A stretch of 64,000 nucleotides of DNA from Planctomycetota bacterium (GCA_965228735.1 OZ245838.1:224001-288000); one strand, 5' to 3'. Shown: positions 48,847 to 58,103, numbered from the stretch's first letter. Program-made: numbers and translations. Notes: generated by a model not told the origin, from the sequence alone.

Positions 48847-49719
48847 ATGTCTAGCTCGGCCAGGCCCAGCCACCGACTGCTGGCGAGCGTGATAGTCGTC
48901 GCGCTCGGGCTGGCCGTTGCTTGGCTCGCGTCGTCCCGGTGTTCACGCCCTGATGGGATTCGTGAGCTAGAGTCCTATCGATCTGCAGAACGCGAACGCC
49001 AAGTGCTGCAACAAGCAGCCAGTGACCTTGAGACCATCCGCACGGAGTTTCCAAGTGCCCTCGACATCTTGAGCAAGGGGCAGCAACCTGCCACCTTCGC
49101 AGTTCCGAGCCAATCAGAGTGCGTATGGTGGCCTGGCGTCGTCCGCAACACATACGACATCCCGTTCCTGTTCACGCACGGTAAGCTCAAAGCGGATCTG
49201 CTTTGGCGCAACGAGCTGCTGAACCGGGAGGATCGCGCTCCATGTCCAGACGACAAGAAGGCGCTCGATTCGCTTCTCAGGGAATTGAACCAGGCGACCA
49301 TGCCGGTCTCCATCTACTGCGATGAGGTCGAGATAGCAGAACGAACGCGTGTGGTGAGAGCTGGCCTGGTCCCAGCATTCGATGCTCCACCCAAGAGTGA
49401 CCTCGCACTCAGGAGCATCGCTCGCGTTGCGGTCGAAGATGCCGCGAGACGCGGAATTGACCTCGACTACGACCAGGAGCTTGAGAAGCTCCGTGCCGAC
49501 CCTCCTCCCGCCCTGGGGGGAATCTCTCGGTTCACGCTCGACGGCGTCCACTACCGGACGGAAGACTTCCCCCCGTTGCCAGACACAGCCAGCGCACGTG
49601 AAGCGCTCAAGTACTGCGCGACTGAATCGCTCGCGATCGTGCTCGGGTTCTTCATCAGCCGTGGCTACACGAATTGGGCGCCAGATCTAGAGAAGGTTGT
49701 GGAAGGGGTCGCACGTTAG
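48847..49719 (+). CDS. Hypothetical membrane-anchored protein
   Basis: N-terminal TM (LLASVIVVALGLAVAWLA); ATG overlaps the stop of the upstream Cys-rich frame; lower GC. Confidence 0.7.
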   Translation: MSSSARPSHRLLASVIVVALGLAVAWLASSRCSRPDGIRELESYRSAERERQVLQQAASDLETIRTEFPSALDILSKGQQPATFAVPSQSECVWWPGVVRNTYDIPFLFTHGKLKADLLWRNELLNREDRAPCPDDKKALDSLLRELNQATMPVSIYCDEVEIAERTRVVRAGLVPAFDAPPKSDLALRSIARVAVEDAARRGIDLDYDQELEKLRADPPPALGGISRFTLDGVHYRTEDFPPLPDTASAREALKYCATESLAIVLGFFISRGYTNWAPDLEKVVEGVAR

Positions 49720-49893
49720 AGCTCGCGAGCACGGGCGTTTGTCGGATCTACATCAAGAGTCAGTGCCCCCGGCGGGAACTCACTCGATGAACCTCGCCGC
49801 GACCCGGGGCTCGCGGGCCCCCTGTTGAGCGTGCCCGTTGGTGTGACCTGCGCCGTCGCGTCTTGGTCGATTGACTGCGGTCTGATCCGTCCG

Positions 49894-50391
49894 TCACAGC
49901 GCCCGCTCGAAGAACGTGTCACACCCGTGATGCCCCGTCGCTCCGCGTGGCCCGGGGATCTCCTCGAAGCCGTGCGCGCGATACACGTGCTGCGCCGTCT
50001 TCATCCACGACGTCGTCTCGAGGTAGCAGCGCGCGTAGTCAGCGGCGCGCATCTCGTCGAGCAGCAGGTCGAGCAGCGCGTGGCCGAGGCCGTGGCCGCG
50101 GGCGGTGTCGCGGAAGTACATCTTGCGCAGTTCGCACACCGAGTCGGCCTCGGTCGTGCCTGCGAGGCGGGCGAAGCCGCCGCCGCCAAACACCTCGCCG
50201 CCGCGGGTCACGACGAAGTAGCCGGCTGCGGGTTGCCGATACGCCGCGGTCATCGCCTCGACCTCGGGGTCGTGGATCGCGAATCCTTCGCCCGAGCAAT
50301 TGTGCTCCGTCATCACGTCGTGGATCACCGCTTTCACGGCCGCATCGTCGGCCGCGCGGATCGGGCGCAGGATCCAGGGGTGATCGCTCAT
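49894..50391 (-). CDS. GNAT-family N-acetyltransferase
   Basis: CELRKMYF, RGHGLG, CYLETT; ATGA overlap with the upstream gene. Confidence 0.9.
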   Translation of the reverse strand: MSDHPWILRPIRAADDAAVKAVIHDVMTEHNCSGEGFAIHDPEVEAMTAAYRQPAAGYFVVTRGGEVFGGGGFARLAGTTEADSVCELRKMYFRDTARGHGLGHALLDLLLDEMRAADYARCYLETTSWMKTAQHVYRAHGFEEIPGPRGATGHHGCDTFFERAL

Positions 50392-51422
50392 CGGCTGGCT
50401 CCCGGGTTGGTCCATCGATCGCGGTGCAGGCGGGCTGTGCCGAGCACGCGTTCCCACTGCATCGCGGGGCCCGGGTCCTGCTTGTTGGTCTGCACGTGGA
50501 AGTGGCCGATGATCCCGTCGAACGACTGCAGTCGTTCGTCCGCGAGCTTCTCCTGTACGATCGCGCCGCTGCTCGTGCGCGGCGCCTTCAGCTCGATCCG
50601 AGGCAGCGCGAGCGACAGCCCGGCGCAGAGTTTCGCGAGCGCTTCGTACTGCGCGGTCGTGAAGTCGAGCTGGTGGGCGGGGCGGTCATTGATGACGCCC
50701 TCCTGGATCTCGGGGCGATCCGGGCGCGCGATGAAGCCCTCGGTGCGGACGCCGGTCTCGGTCATCCACTTCGGGTACTTCATGCGCCAGCCGTCGTCGT
50801 CCTTCTCGTACCACCGCCGCATCGGCGCGCCCATCGGCTGCGGGTAGGCGCCCGGGTGCGCGATCTCGACGCCGACGGCGTAGTCGTTGGACGTCGTCGC
50901 GTGCCACGCGCGCTCCTTGAGATCGAGCGTCTGGTAGATCGTGCCGTCGACGTCGAGCATGAAGTGCACGGACAGGGTGCGCAGGTCCTGCAGGATCTTG
51001 AAGCACTGGCGCGAGGTGCCCGCGACGTCGTAGTGCAGGACGAACGCGTGGACCTGTTCCTGCAGTTCTTCGAGGGTCTGCGGGTTGCCGGGGCGCTGGC
51101 CGTAGCGCTTCTTGCCGTCCGGCTCTTCGTCCTCGGTGAAGCGCTTCTTCTCCTCGTAGGCGTTGTAGCCGCCTTCGTCGCTCCACAACACGACGGGCGT
51201 GTCGATGTCGACGCGTTCGCCGCAGACGACGATCGAGTAGCCGGCGCGCGGCACCGGGCGCGCCCCGGTGGGGCGGCCGGCGACGCAGCGCACGAAGAGC
51301 AGCAGGCCGAGGCCGAGCAGGACGACGGCGACGCGGGTCTTCAGCGGGCGCTGCAGCCAGCGCGCGAACGGGCCGCAACTCGTGCCGGCGCGGGAGCGGG
51401 GGGCGGGGGTAGGTTCGGTCAT
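50388..51422 (-). CDS. N-acetylmuramoyl-L-alanine amidase (Amidase_2) with N-terminal membrane anchor
   Basis: FVLHYD, SVHFMLD, RAWHA, GVEIAH, IIGHFHV..NKQDPG. Confidence 0.85.
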   Translation of the reverse strand: MTEPTPAPRSRAGTSCGPFARWLQRPLKTRVAVVLLGLGLLLFVRCVAGRPTGARPVPRAGYSIVVCGERVDIDTPVVLWSDEGGYNAYEEKKRFTEDEEPDGKKRYGQRPGNPQTLEELQEQVHAFVLHYDVAGTSRQCFKILQDLRTLSVHFMLDVDGTIYQTLDLKERAWHATTSNDYAVGVEIAHPGAYPQPMGAPMRRWYEKDDDGWRMKYPKWMTETGVRTEGFIARPDRPEIQEGVINDRPAHQLDFTTAQYEALAKLCAGLSLALPRIELKAPRTSSGAIVQEKLADERLQSFDGIIGHFHVQTNKQDPGPAMQWERVLGTARLHRDRWTNPGASR

Positions 51423-53095
51423 CGGGTGAGTTCGGGTCGGGCGAGGTGCCACTCGGTTTCCCGCTGCCAGGCGTCGGCCACCGCGAGCAGCGCGGCCTCG
51501 CCGTCGAGCTGGCCGACGAGCGCGAGCATCGTCGGGCGGCTGCCGCGCTCGTCGTCCTTGCCGACGGGCAGCACGTAGGTCGGGTGACCGGTGAGGTTGG
51601 TCGCGGTCAGCGTCGGGCCGCCGTGGGTCGGCGCGACGAGCACGTCGACGCCCGCGAGCGCGCGCTGCATGTCGACCTGCAGTTTGGCGCGATGGCGCGC
51701 GGCCTGCAGGAACTCGACGGCCGGGATCGTGCGCGCCGCGCGGAACGAGTTGGGCCAGCTGCCGGCCGCCTGCTGCACGAGCTCGTCGGCGAGGCCGAGC
51801 CGCAAGAACTCGTCGAACGCGGTCGCCGCCTCGGCCTCGAGCATCACGAGCATGCTGCGGTAGGGCGCGTCGGGGAGTGTGACCTCGACCGTCTCGCCGG
51901 CCTGTTCCTTGATCCACTCGACGAACGCGCGGTCCTCGTCGCGACCCGGAAAGCGGCGCTGCTGCAGGATGCCGACCTTGAGGCCATCGAGCGGCCGGTC
52001 GCGCCGCCAATCGAACGCGCAGTCCCGCACGGCCGGATCGTGGCCGTCGCTGCCGCGGATGCAGTCGAAGACGAGCGCCGCGTCGACCGCCGAGCGCGCG
52101 ATCGGGCCGATCTTGTCCATCGTCCACGACAGCGGCATCGCGCCGTAGCGGCTCACGTTGCCGAACGTCGGGCGCAGTCCCGCGATGCCGGATTGCCGAC
52201 ACGGCGAGACGATGGAGCCGAGCGTCTCCGTGCCGATCGCAAACGGCACGAGCCCGGCGGCGACGGCGGAGCACGGTCCGGCCGACGAGCCGCTGCTGCC
52301 CTGCTCCGGCTGGAACGGGTTGCGCGTGCGGCCGCCGAACCAGCGATCGCCCATCGCGAGTTCGCCGAGGGTCAGCTTGGCGACGAGCACGGCGCCGGCG
52401 GCCTCCAGTTTGGCGAGCACCGTCGCGCGCACGTCCCACTCGTGGTCCTGGAATGGTGCTGCGCCGAACGTCGTGATCGTGCCGGGCCAGCCGAACAGGT
52501 CCTTGGCGCCGTAGGGGATGCCGTGCAGCGGACCGCGGTCCTTGCCGTTCTTCAGTTCGCGGTCGGCCTGGTCGGCGGCCGCGAGCGCGGTCTCCGCGAG
52601 CAGGCTCACGACGCACAGCAGCTTCGGGTCGAACTTCTTGAGCCGCGCGATCGCGAGCTCGGTGAGCTTGCGGCTCGTGACGTGACCCTGGCGCAGCAGG
52701 CCCGCGAGCTCGTCGACGGTCGCGAACGCGAGGTCGGTGTCGTTCGCCTTGGCCGAGACATCCGTGCGGATCGTGAACGGCACGGGCCCGGTCGGGGCTG
52801 CGCGTTCGGCCCCGGGCGGATACGGGTCGAACGCGATGCACGGCGAGAGCTCGAACGGCGGCGACGTGCGGCGGAGCTCTTCGTAGCGGCCGCGCAGGCG
52901 CTGCAGGCGCGGACCGGCGAGCTCGCGGTGCGCCTCGGAGAACTCGAGCCCACAGAGCCGCGCGGCGGCAGCCATGTCCTCGGGGTCGTCGATCGGCGGG
53001 CGGCCCCGGGGCGTGATCGCGGCCGCACCCGAGGCGGCGCCGAGGCCGAGCAGGAAGTGGCGGCGGGTCCGAAAGGGTGCGGGTGAAATGGCCAT
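51419..53095 (-). CDS. Amidase-signature family enzyme with Tat signal
   Basis: TRRHFL Tat motif; GPLHGIPYGAKD, GSSGSSAG, GTETLGSIVSP. Confidence 0.9.
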   Translation of the reverse strand: MAISPAPFRTRRHFLLGLGAASGAAAITPRGRPPIDDPEDMAAAARLCGLEFSEAHRELAGPRLQRLRGRYEELRRTSPPFELSPCIAFDPYPPGAERAAPTGPVPFTIRTDVSAKANDTDLAFATVDELAGLLRQGHVTSRKLTELAIARLKKFDPKLLCVVSLLAETALAAADQADRELKNGKDRGPLHGIPYGAKDLFGWPGTITTFGAAPFQDHEWDVRATVLAKLEAAGAVLVAKLTLGELAMGDRWFGGRTRNPFQPEQGSSGSSAGPCSAVAAGLVPFAIGTETLGSIVSPCRQSGIAGLRPTFGNVSRYGAMPLSWTMDKIGPIARSAVDAALVFDCIRGSDGHDPAVRDCAFDWRRDRPLDGLKVGILQQRRFPGRDEDRAFVEWIKEQAGETVEVTLPDAPYRSMLVMLEAEAATAFDEFLRLGLADELVQQAAGSWPNSFRAARTIPAVEFLQAARHRAKLQVDMQRALAGVDVLVAPTHGGPTLTATNLTGHPTYVLPVGKDDERGSRPTMLALVGQLDGEAALLAVADAWQRETEWHLARPELTR

Positions 53096-53235
53096 GGCGA
53101 GCTGGCGGTGGGCCCCGACGATCCGGGGCGCTACGGAAAGGATCCGAAGAACCGTCGGCGCGGAAGCAAAGCCGGGCGACAATCGTCCTGCCCGGCCGGC
53201 TACCTACGCCGCTGACCCCGATTGTGCCGATCCTC

Positions 53236-54876
53236 ATGCGCAGATTCTCCGTCCCGTTCTTCCCGATTCTGTCTCTCACGCTCGCCGCGCCCACGCTGGC
53301 GCAGGCCGCGGCGGACGCCGTCGCGACGCCGCCCGCGGCCATGTCGACGATCCACGAGAGCAATCTGCTGCGGCATGCCCGCTTCCTCGCGAGCGATCAG
53401 CTCGGCGGTCGGCTCACCGGGTCACCGGGTCAGGAAGCCGCGGCCAAGTACATCGCCGGCCACTTCGCGCGCCTCGGGCTCGAGCCGCTCGGGGACGAGG
53501 TCGACGGCGGGCGCCGGTCGTGGTTCCAGGACTACGGCATCACGCGCACGGCGCTCGCGGAATCGACGATGCTGAAGGTCGCCGAGGCGACGTGGAACGA
53601 CGGCTTCGCGGTGCTCGGCGGCTCGACCGACCCGGTCGCGATCACGGGCAAGCTGAAGTTCTACGGCTTCGGCCGCACGCGCGGCGGCAGCGCGGAAGTC
53701 GCTGACGGTGAGAGCCTCGAGGGCGTGATCCCGGTCGTGCTCGTGAAGCAGCCCAAGGGCAGGGTCGACCAGCAGCTGTCCGTCGAGCAGAAGTTCATGA
53801 TGTCGTTCCGCTCGTTCGGCGTGATGCGTCGCACGACGCAGAACCTGAAGAAGCTCGGTGCCGAGGCCGTGGTCTTCGCGCTGCCCGACGACGACTTCGG
53901 GACCGCGGACGTGCTCAACTATCTCGGCCTGTCGCCGGGCAAGGACCAGCTGTCACCGCGCTTCCAAGGCGGCGACGGGCAGATGGCCGCGATGAGTCAG
54001 ATGATGGGCGGGCAGTTCGGCGCGCCGGCGTTCGTGCTGTCGGAGACGCGCAGCCGCGAGCTGCTCGCGGCACTCGGGACCGATCTCGACGCGGTGCGCG
54101 CGTTCGCGGCCGGTGATGGCGAGCTGCCGGCGAGCAATGGCGGCATCCCGGGCAGCGCCAGGGCGCAGGTCGTGCGCGACGACGAGGCGACCGCGTGCAA
54201 CGTCGTCGCCGTTCTGCGGGGCAGGGACCCGGATCTTGCCGACGAGGCGATCGTGTATTCGGCGCACATGGACCACGTCGGCAAGAGGCTCGACGGTGAG
54301 GTGTTCAACGGCGCCGACGACAACGCGTCGGGCACGTCGGGTCTGCTCGAGATCGCGCGGGCGTTCACGAAACTGAAGGAGCGGCCGCGCCGCAGCATCA
54401 TCTTCCTGTCCGTCTCGGGCGAAGAGCTCGGGCTGTGGGGCAGCGCCTACTACGCGGACAACCCGACGTGGGACAGCGAGAAGATCATCGCCGACATCAA
54501 CACGGACATGATCGGTCGCAGCGGGCCGGAGTCGGGGGCGACGTCGGTCACGGTGACGCCGAGCCATCGGCATCAGATGTTCTCGACGCTCGTGCAGCGC
54601 TCGGCCGCGCTCGGCGAGCAGCTCGGGCTGTCGTTCGAGAACGGTGACAAGTACTACACGCGCAGCGACCACTTCAACTTCGCCAAGAAGGGCATCCCGG
54701 TGGTGTTCTTCTGCAACGGCGAGCACGAGGACTACCACCAGGTCACCGATCACGCGGAGAAGCTCGACGGTGACAAGATGGAGCGCATTGCGCGGCTCGC
54801 GTTCTGGACCGGTTGGGTGACGGCCAACGCCGACGAGCGGCCGGCGACGATCGGGCGGCAGGACGACTGGCGATGA
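53236..54876 (+). CDS. M28 family metallopeptidase (PA domain), secreted
   Basis: SAHMDH, GADDNASG, GEELGLWGS, NTDMIGR, RSDH, DYHQ. Confidence 0.93.
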   Translation: MRRFSVPFFPILSLTLAAPTLAQAAADAVATPPAAMSTIHESNLLRHARFLASDQLGGRLTGSPGQEAAAKYIAGHFARLGLEPLGDEVDGGRRSWFQDYGITRTALAESTMLKVAEATWNDGFAVLGGSTDPVAITGKLKFYGFGRTRGGSAEVADGESLEGVIPVVLVKQPKGRVDQQLSVEQKFMMSFRSFGVMRRTTQNLKKLGAEAVVFALPDDDFGTADVLNYLGLSPGKDQLSPRFQGGDGQMAAMSQMMGGQFGAPAFVLSETRSRELLAALGTDLDAVRAFAAGDGELPASNGGIPGSARAQVVRDDEATACNVVAVLRGRDPDLADEAIVYSAHMDHVGKRLDGEVFNGADDNASGTSGLLEIARAFTKLKERPRRSIIFLSVSGEELGLWGSAYYADNPTWDSEKIIADINTDMIGRSGPESGATSVTVTPSHRHQMFSTLVQRSAALGEQLGLSFENGDKYYTRSDHFNFAKKGIPVVFFCNGEHEDYHQVTDHAEKLDGDKMERIARLAFWTGWVTANADERPATIGRQDDWR

Positions 54877-55280
54877 GCCGAGCCCAGCCGCCCGCGATCG
54901 CGGACTTCCTCGCGGTGCGGTCGTTCGCGGTCGTTGGCGCATCCGAGGATCGCGCCAAGTTCGGCAACAAGGTGCTGCGGTGCTACGCGCAGCACGATTT
55001 GCCCGTCGTCGGGGTCAATCCCAAGCTCGACCGCGTCGAGGGCGTGGCGTGCTACGCGTCGCTCGGTGATGCCGCGGCCGCCGTCGACGGGCCGATCGCG
55101 GCGTCGGTCGTGGCGCCGCCGGCGGCAGCGGAGTCGATCGTCTCCGACGCGATCGCCGCGGGCGTGCGGCAGCTCTGGTTCCAGCCCGGTGCCGAGGATC
55201 CGGCGGCGAGTGCCGCGGCGCGCGCCGCCGGGATCGCGGTGATCGACGACGGTTCGTGCCTGCTCGTCGCGCTGGGGTAG
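54873..55280 (+). CDS. CoA-binding domain protein
   Basis: AVVGASEDRAKFG, VNPK, LWFQPGAE. Confidence 0.88.
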   Translation: MSRAQPPAIADFLAVRSFAVVGASEDRAKFGNKVLRCYAQHDLPVVGVNPKLDRVEGVACYASLGDAAAAVDGPIAASVVAPPAAAESIVSDAIAAGVRQLWFQPGAEDPAASAAARAAGIAVIDDGSCLLVALG

Positions 55281-55302
55281 TGGGAGCAGTATCGTCTTCG
55301 GC

Positions 55303-56019
55303 ATGCCCTCGCTCGTCGACCTGACGCGCGACGCGGTGGCCGAGCTCGAGAGCCTGCGGTTCGGCGATCCCGTCGCGTGCGTCTACAACCCGCTCGATCA
55401 TGCGTGGGATCTGCACCGCAAGTTCCTGCAGCGCTACGGGCGTGGCACCAAGCGCTACGTGCTGCTCGGGATGAACCCCGGCCCGTTCGGCATGGTGCAG
55501 ACGGGCGTGCCGTTCGGCGAGGTCGAGGCCGTGCGCAGCTGGCTGCGGATCGACGGTGAGGTCAAGCAGCCGAAGAACGTGCACCCGAAGCGCCCCGTCG
55601 AGGGGCTCGCGTGCAAGCGCGCCGAGGTGAGCGGGCGCCGGGTCTGGGGCTGGGCCGCGCGGCGCTTCGTGACGCCGACGCGCTTCTTCCGGCAGTTCTA
55701 CGTGCACAACTACTGCCCGCTCGCGTTCGTGTCGGAGACCGGCAGCAACCTCACGCCTGACAAGCTCAAGAAGGCGGACAGCAAGCCGTTGTTCGAGATC
55801 TGTGACCGCATGCTGCGTCGCGTGATCGACGCGCTGCGCCCCGAGCTCGTCATCGGCATCGGCGCCTTTGCCGAGGACCGCGCGCGCCGCGTCCTGTCGA
55901 GCGACGGTCCGCGCATCGGCCGCATCCCGCACCCGAGCCCCGCGAGCCCGGCCGCCAACCGCGGCTGGGAGCGCATCGCAGAAGAAGCGTTCGCCGAACT
56001 CGGAGTCGAGCTCGGCTGA
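55303..56019 (+). CDS. SMUG1-type uracil-DNA glycosylase (UDG family 3)
   Basis: LGMNPGPFGMVQTGVPFG, EVSGRR, HNYCPL, HPSPASP. Confidence 0.93.
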   Translation: MPSLVDLTRDAVAELESLRFGDPVACVYNPLDHAWDLHRKFLQRYGRGTKRYVLLGMNPGPFGMVQTGVPFGEVEAVRSWLRIDGEVKQPKNVHPKRPVEGLACKRAEVSGRRVWGWAARRFVTPTRFFRQFYVHNYCPLAFVSETGSNLTPDKLKKADSKPLFEICDRMLRRVIDALRPELVIGIGAFAEDRARRVLSSDGPRIGRIPHPSPASPAANRGWERIAEEAFAELGVELG

Positions 56020-56021
56020 GA

Positions 56022-56138
56022 GTGGCGGTACCGAACCCGCTTCAAATCCGCCACCCGGCCAGACCTCCAACCGGCGTTGGCGCAGCGCGTATCGGCTCCC
56101 TGCGCGTGGCGGATTTGAAGCGGGTTCGGTACCGCCAC
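56022..56138. repeat. Perfect 33-bp inverted pair of REP-like units (REPIN/BIME-like)
   Basis: GTGGCGGTACCGAACCCGCTTCAAATCCGCCAC at 56022-56054 and its exact reverse complement at 56106-56138; 51-bp spacer. Confidence 0.85.
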
Positions 56139-56163
56139 CCGCATGCCGGGAGGGACCGGGGGT

Positions 56164-56796
56164 CTACTGGAAGCAGGCGGGCGGCCGGCGGAGGCGGCCG
56201 AGGTGCTTCTGCAGCGCGCCGAAGAGGCGCTTCCTGGCGCGCATGATGCGGATGGCGACGGTGCCGGTCGGCAGGCCGAGCTGCTTGCCGGCCTCCTGGT
56301 AGGCGACGCCCTGGCGGACGCAGAGTTCGAAGACCTCGCGGTAGTGGTCCGGCAGTGACGCGACGGCCGCGCGGAACGCGCTCATGAACTCCTCGACCTC
56401 GAGCGCGCGGTCGTCGTTCTTGGCCGGGAGCGTCGCGAGCAGGTCGACCTCGTCGCGGTCCGAGGTCTGCAGCGCGCTCGCCGGCCGCGGCAGGCGCTTC
56501 TGCGAACGCAGCGCCGACAGCGCCTGATTGCGCGCGATCTCGAAGAGCCACGCCCGGAAGTTGGTGCCGGGGCGGTAGAGGTCGTTCTTCAGCAGCAGCT
56601 TCTCGAACACCTCCTGCGTGACGTCCTGCGCCAGGTGCTGATCCCGCACCATGCCCTGCACGAAGTGCAGGATGCGCTTGCCGTAGCGGGCCTCGAGCGC
56701 CGTCAGCGCATACTCGCTCTCACCGTTCTGCAGGCTGGCAACGAGGTCTTCGTCGCTGGCTGCGGGCTCGGGAAAGGTGCGGTCGACGGTCGTCAT
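56164..56796 (-). CDS. ECF-type sigma-70 factor (no adjacent anti-sigma gene)
   Basis: AQDVTQEVF, FRAWLFEIARN, LPTGTVAIRIMRAR. Confidence 0.92.
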   Translation of the reverse strand: MTTVDRTFPEPAASDEDLVASLQNGESEYALTALEARYGKRILHFVQGMVRDQHLAQDVTQEVFEKLLLKNDLYRPGTNFRAWLFEIARNQALSALRSQKRLPRPASALQTSDRDEVDLLATLPAKNDDRALEVEEFMSAFRAAVASLPDHYREVFELCVRQGVAYQEAGKQLGLPTGTVAIRIMRARKRLFGALQKHLGRLRRPPACFQ

Positions 56797-56808
56797 GGCC
56801 GCGTCATC

Positions 56809-56824
56809 TCAAGGACCGTGCCAG
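56809..56824 (-). promoter_or_regulatory. Possible sigma-54 -24/-12 promoter
   Basis: Minus strand CTGGCACG-GTCC-TTGA; -24 element perfect, -12 has A instead of C. Confidence 0.4.
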
Positions 56825-56987
56825 CGCTCTGACTTTCTCCGCACAAGTGCGTAAGTGCCGTAGGTATGAGGGTTGTGGTGATCGGGGCCGAACTGGGCAG
56901 GCCTCGGTGCCTACGGATTGCGGCACCCGGGTGCCGCTTCGATTTGGCGTTGCATGTCGAATTTCGCGGGCGTGAAAACGCTCGCCT

Positions 56988-57986
56988 TCAGAACGGAAAC
57001 AGCTCCGCTCCGCCCGCGAGCGCGGCATCGAGCAGCGCCAGGTTGTGGCCCTGCCGCGGGTCCTCGTCGCCGTGAGTGAGGAAGCTCCAGTTGAGCCGCC
57101 GCAGAGCCAGATACGCGACCGCGCTGCGCAGACCCCACTCGGTCCGGATGCGATCACCGCCGACGCTCTCGCCGAACCACCGCTGCACCAGCTGTCGCTT
57201 CCATTCCGCGTGGCGCTCGCTGTGGATCCAGAACCACGCGAAGTCGTGGTCGCGGTTGCCGAGGCCGAGGTTCTCGAAGTCGACGAGGTGTGGCCGGCCA
57301 TCGGCCGTCACGACGACGTTGTCTTCGAGGAACTCACCGTGCACGAGCACGTGGTCGCGCGATTCCGTCCAGCGCAGCGCCTCGGCGAAGAAACTCTGCA
57401 CCCGCCGCCACCGCGACTCGCCGATGATCAGCAGCACCGAGTCGTACATCGTGCGAACGCGTTCGAGGTAGGACACCGGATCCCAGTGGGCGACGGGGAA
57501 CCCGCGGCGCCCGACGAGGCGCTCGGTCGGCAGTTCTCGGAGCCGCCGCAGCAACTCCAGCACGTGATCCTGGTCGAGCGTCTCCTCCTTGGGGCCGACC
57601 GCGGCCGGCAGCAGTTCGAGGAGCATCCAGGCCGGCGGTTCGCCGGGGCCGAACGCGACGGTGCGCGGCGCCGGCAGCTCGCGACGGTCCGGATCGGTGC
57701 TGTCGAGCAGGCGGTAGAACCCGGTCTCGCGCCACGCGTAGTCCGACGGCCGCGCGCCGGCGGGCAGGACCGCATCGGGCGCGGGCGGCAGGTATTGCTT
57801 GAGCAGGTAGGCCTGTCCCGCCGCGTTCTCGCCGACCAGTGTCAGCGACGTTCGGCGGCAGTTGGCCAGCGCGCGCGGCAGCTCGACCTCGCGCAGACCG
57901 AGGTCCGACAGGACCTCACGGGCCGCGGCCAGCTGGGCGCTGTCGGCGGCGGATCCGGCGGAACCGGGTTCAGTAGGTGGAGTCAC
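56988..57986 (-). CDS. Aminoglycoside-phosphotransferase/choline-kinase-like protein
   Basis: YLLKQY, RETGFY, LLELLP, VHGEFLEDN, LVDFE; GTG start assumed. Confidence 0.75.
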   Translation of the reverse strand: MTPPTEPGSAGSAADSAQLAAAREVLSDLGLREVELPRALANCRRTSLTLVGENAAGQAYLLKQYLPPAPDAVLPAGARPSDYAWRETGFYRLLDSTDPDRRELPAPRTVAFGPGEPPAWMLLELLPAAVGPKEETLDQDHVLELLRRLRELPTERLVGRRGFPVAHWDPVSYLERVRTMYDSVLLIIGESRWRRVQSFFAEALRWTESRDHVLVHGEFLEDNVVVTADGRPHLVDFENLGLGNRDHDFAWFWIHSERHAEWKRQLVQRWFGESVGGDRIRTEWGLRSAVAYLALRRLNWSFLTHGDEDPRQGHNLALLDAALAGGAELFPF

Positions 57987-58103
57987 GCAGTCCCAGGCAT
58001 AGCGGATGGGCGAATCCGCCGCCAGCGGGCCCCATGCCATGGGCAGAACGAGACTTGCGGGGCATCCCGTCAAGAACGATGCCGCTCCTGGCCGAGGAAC
58101 GAC

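Larger units (their letters stand above)
46946..48854 (+). pseudogene. Cys-rich secreted protein interrupted by IS256 and frameshifted at a C7 tract
   Basis: MKISRTRLAFCAVVLPVAIA signal; the frame continues across the IS when one target copy is removed (…QSSFG|SNCGAN…); a second part lies in another frame after 48602-48608. Confidence 0.75.
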
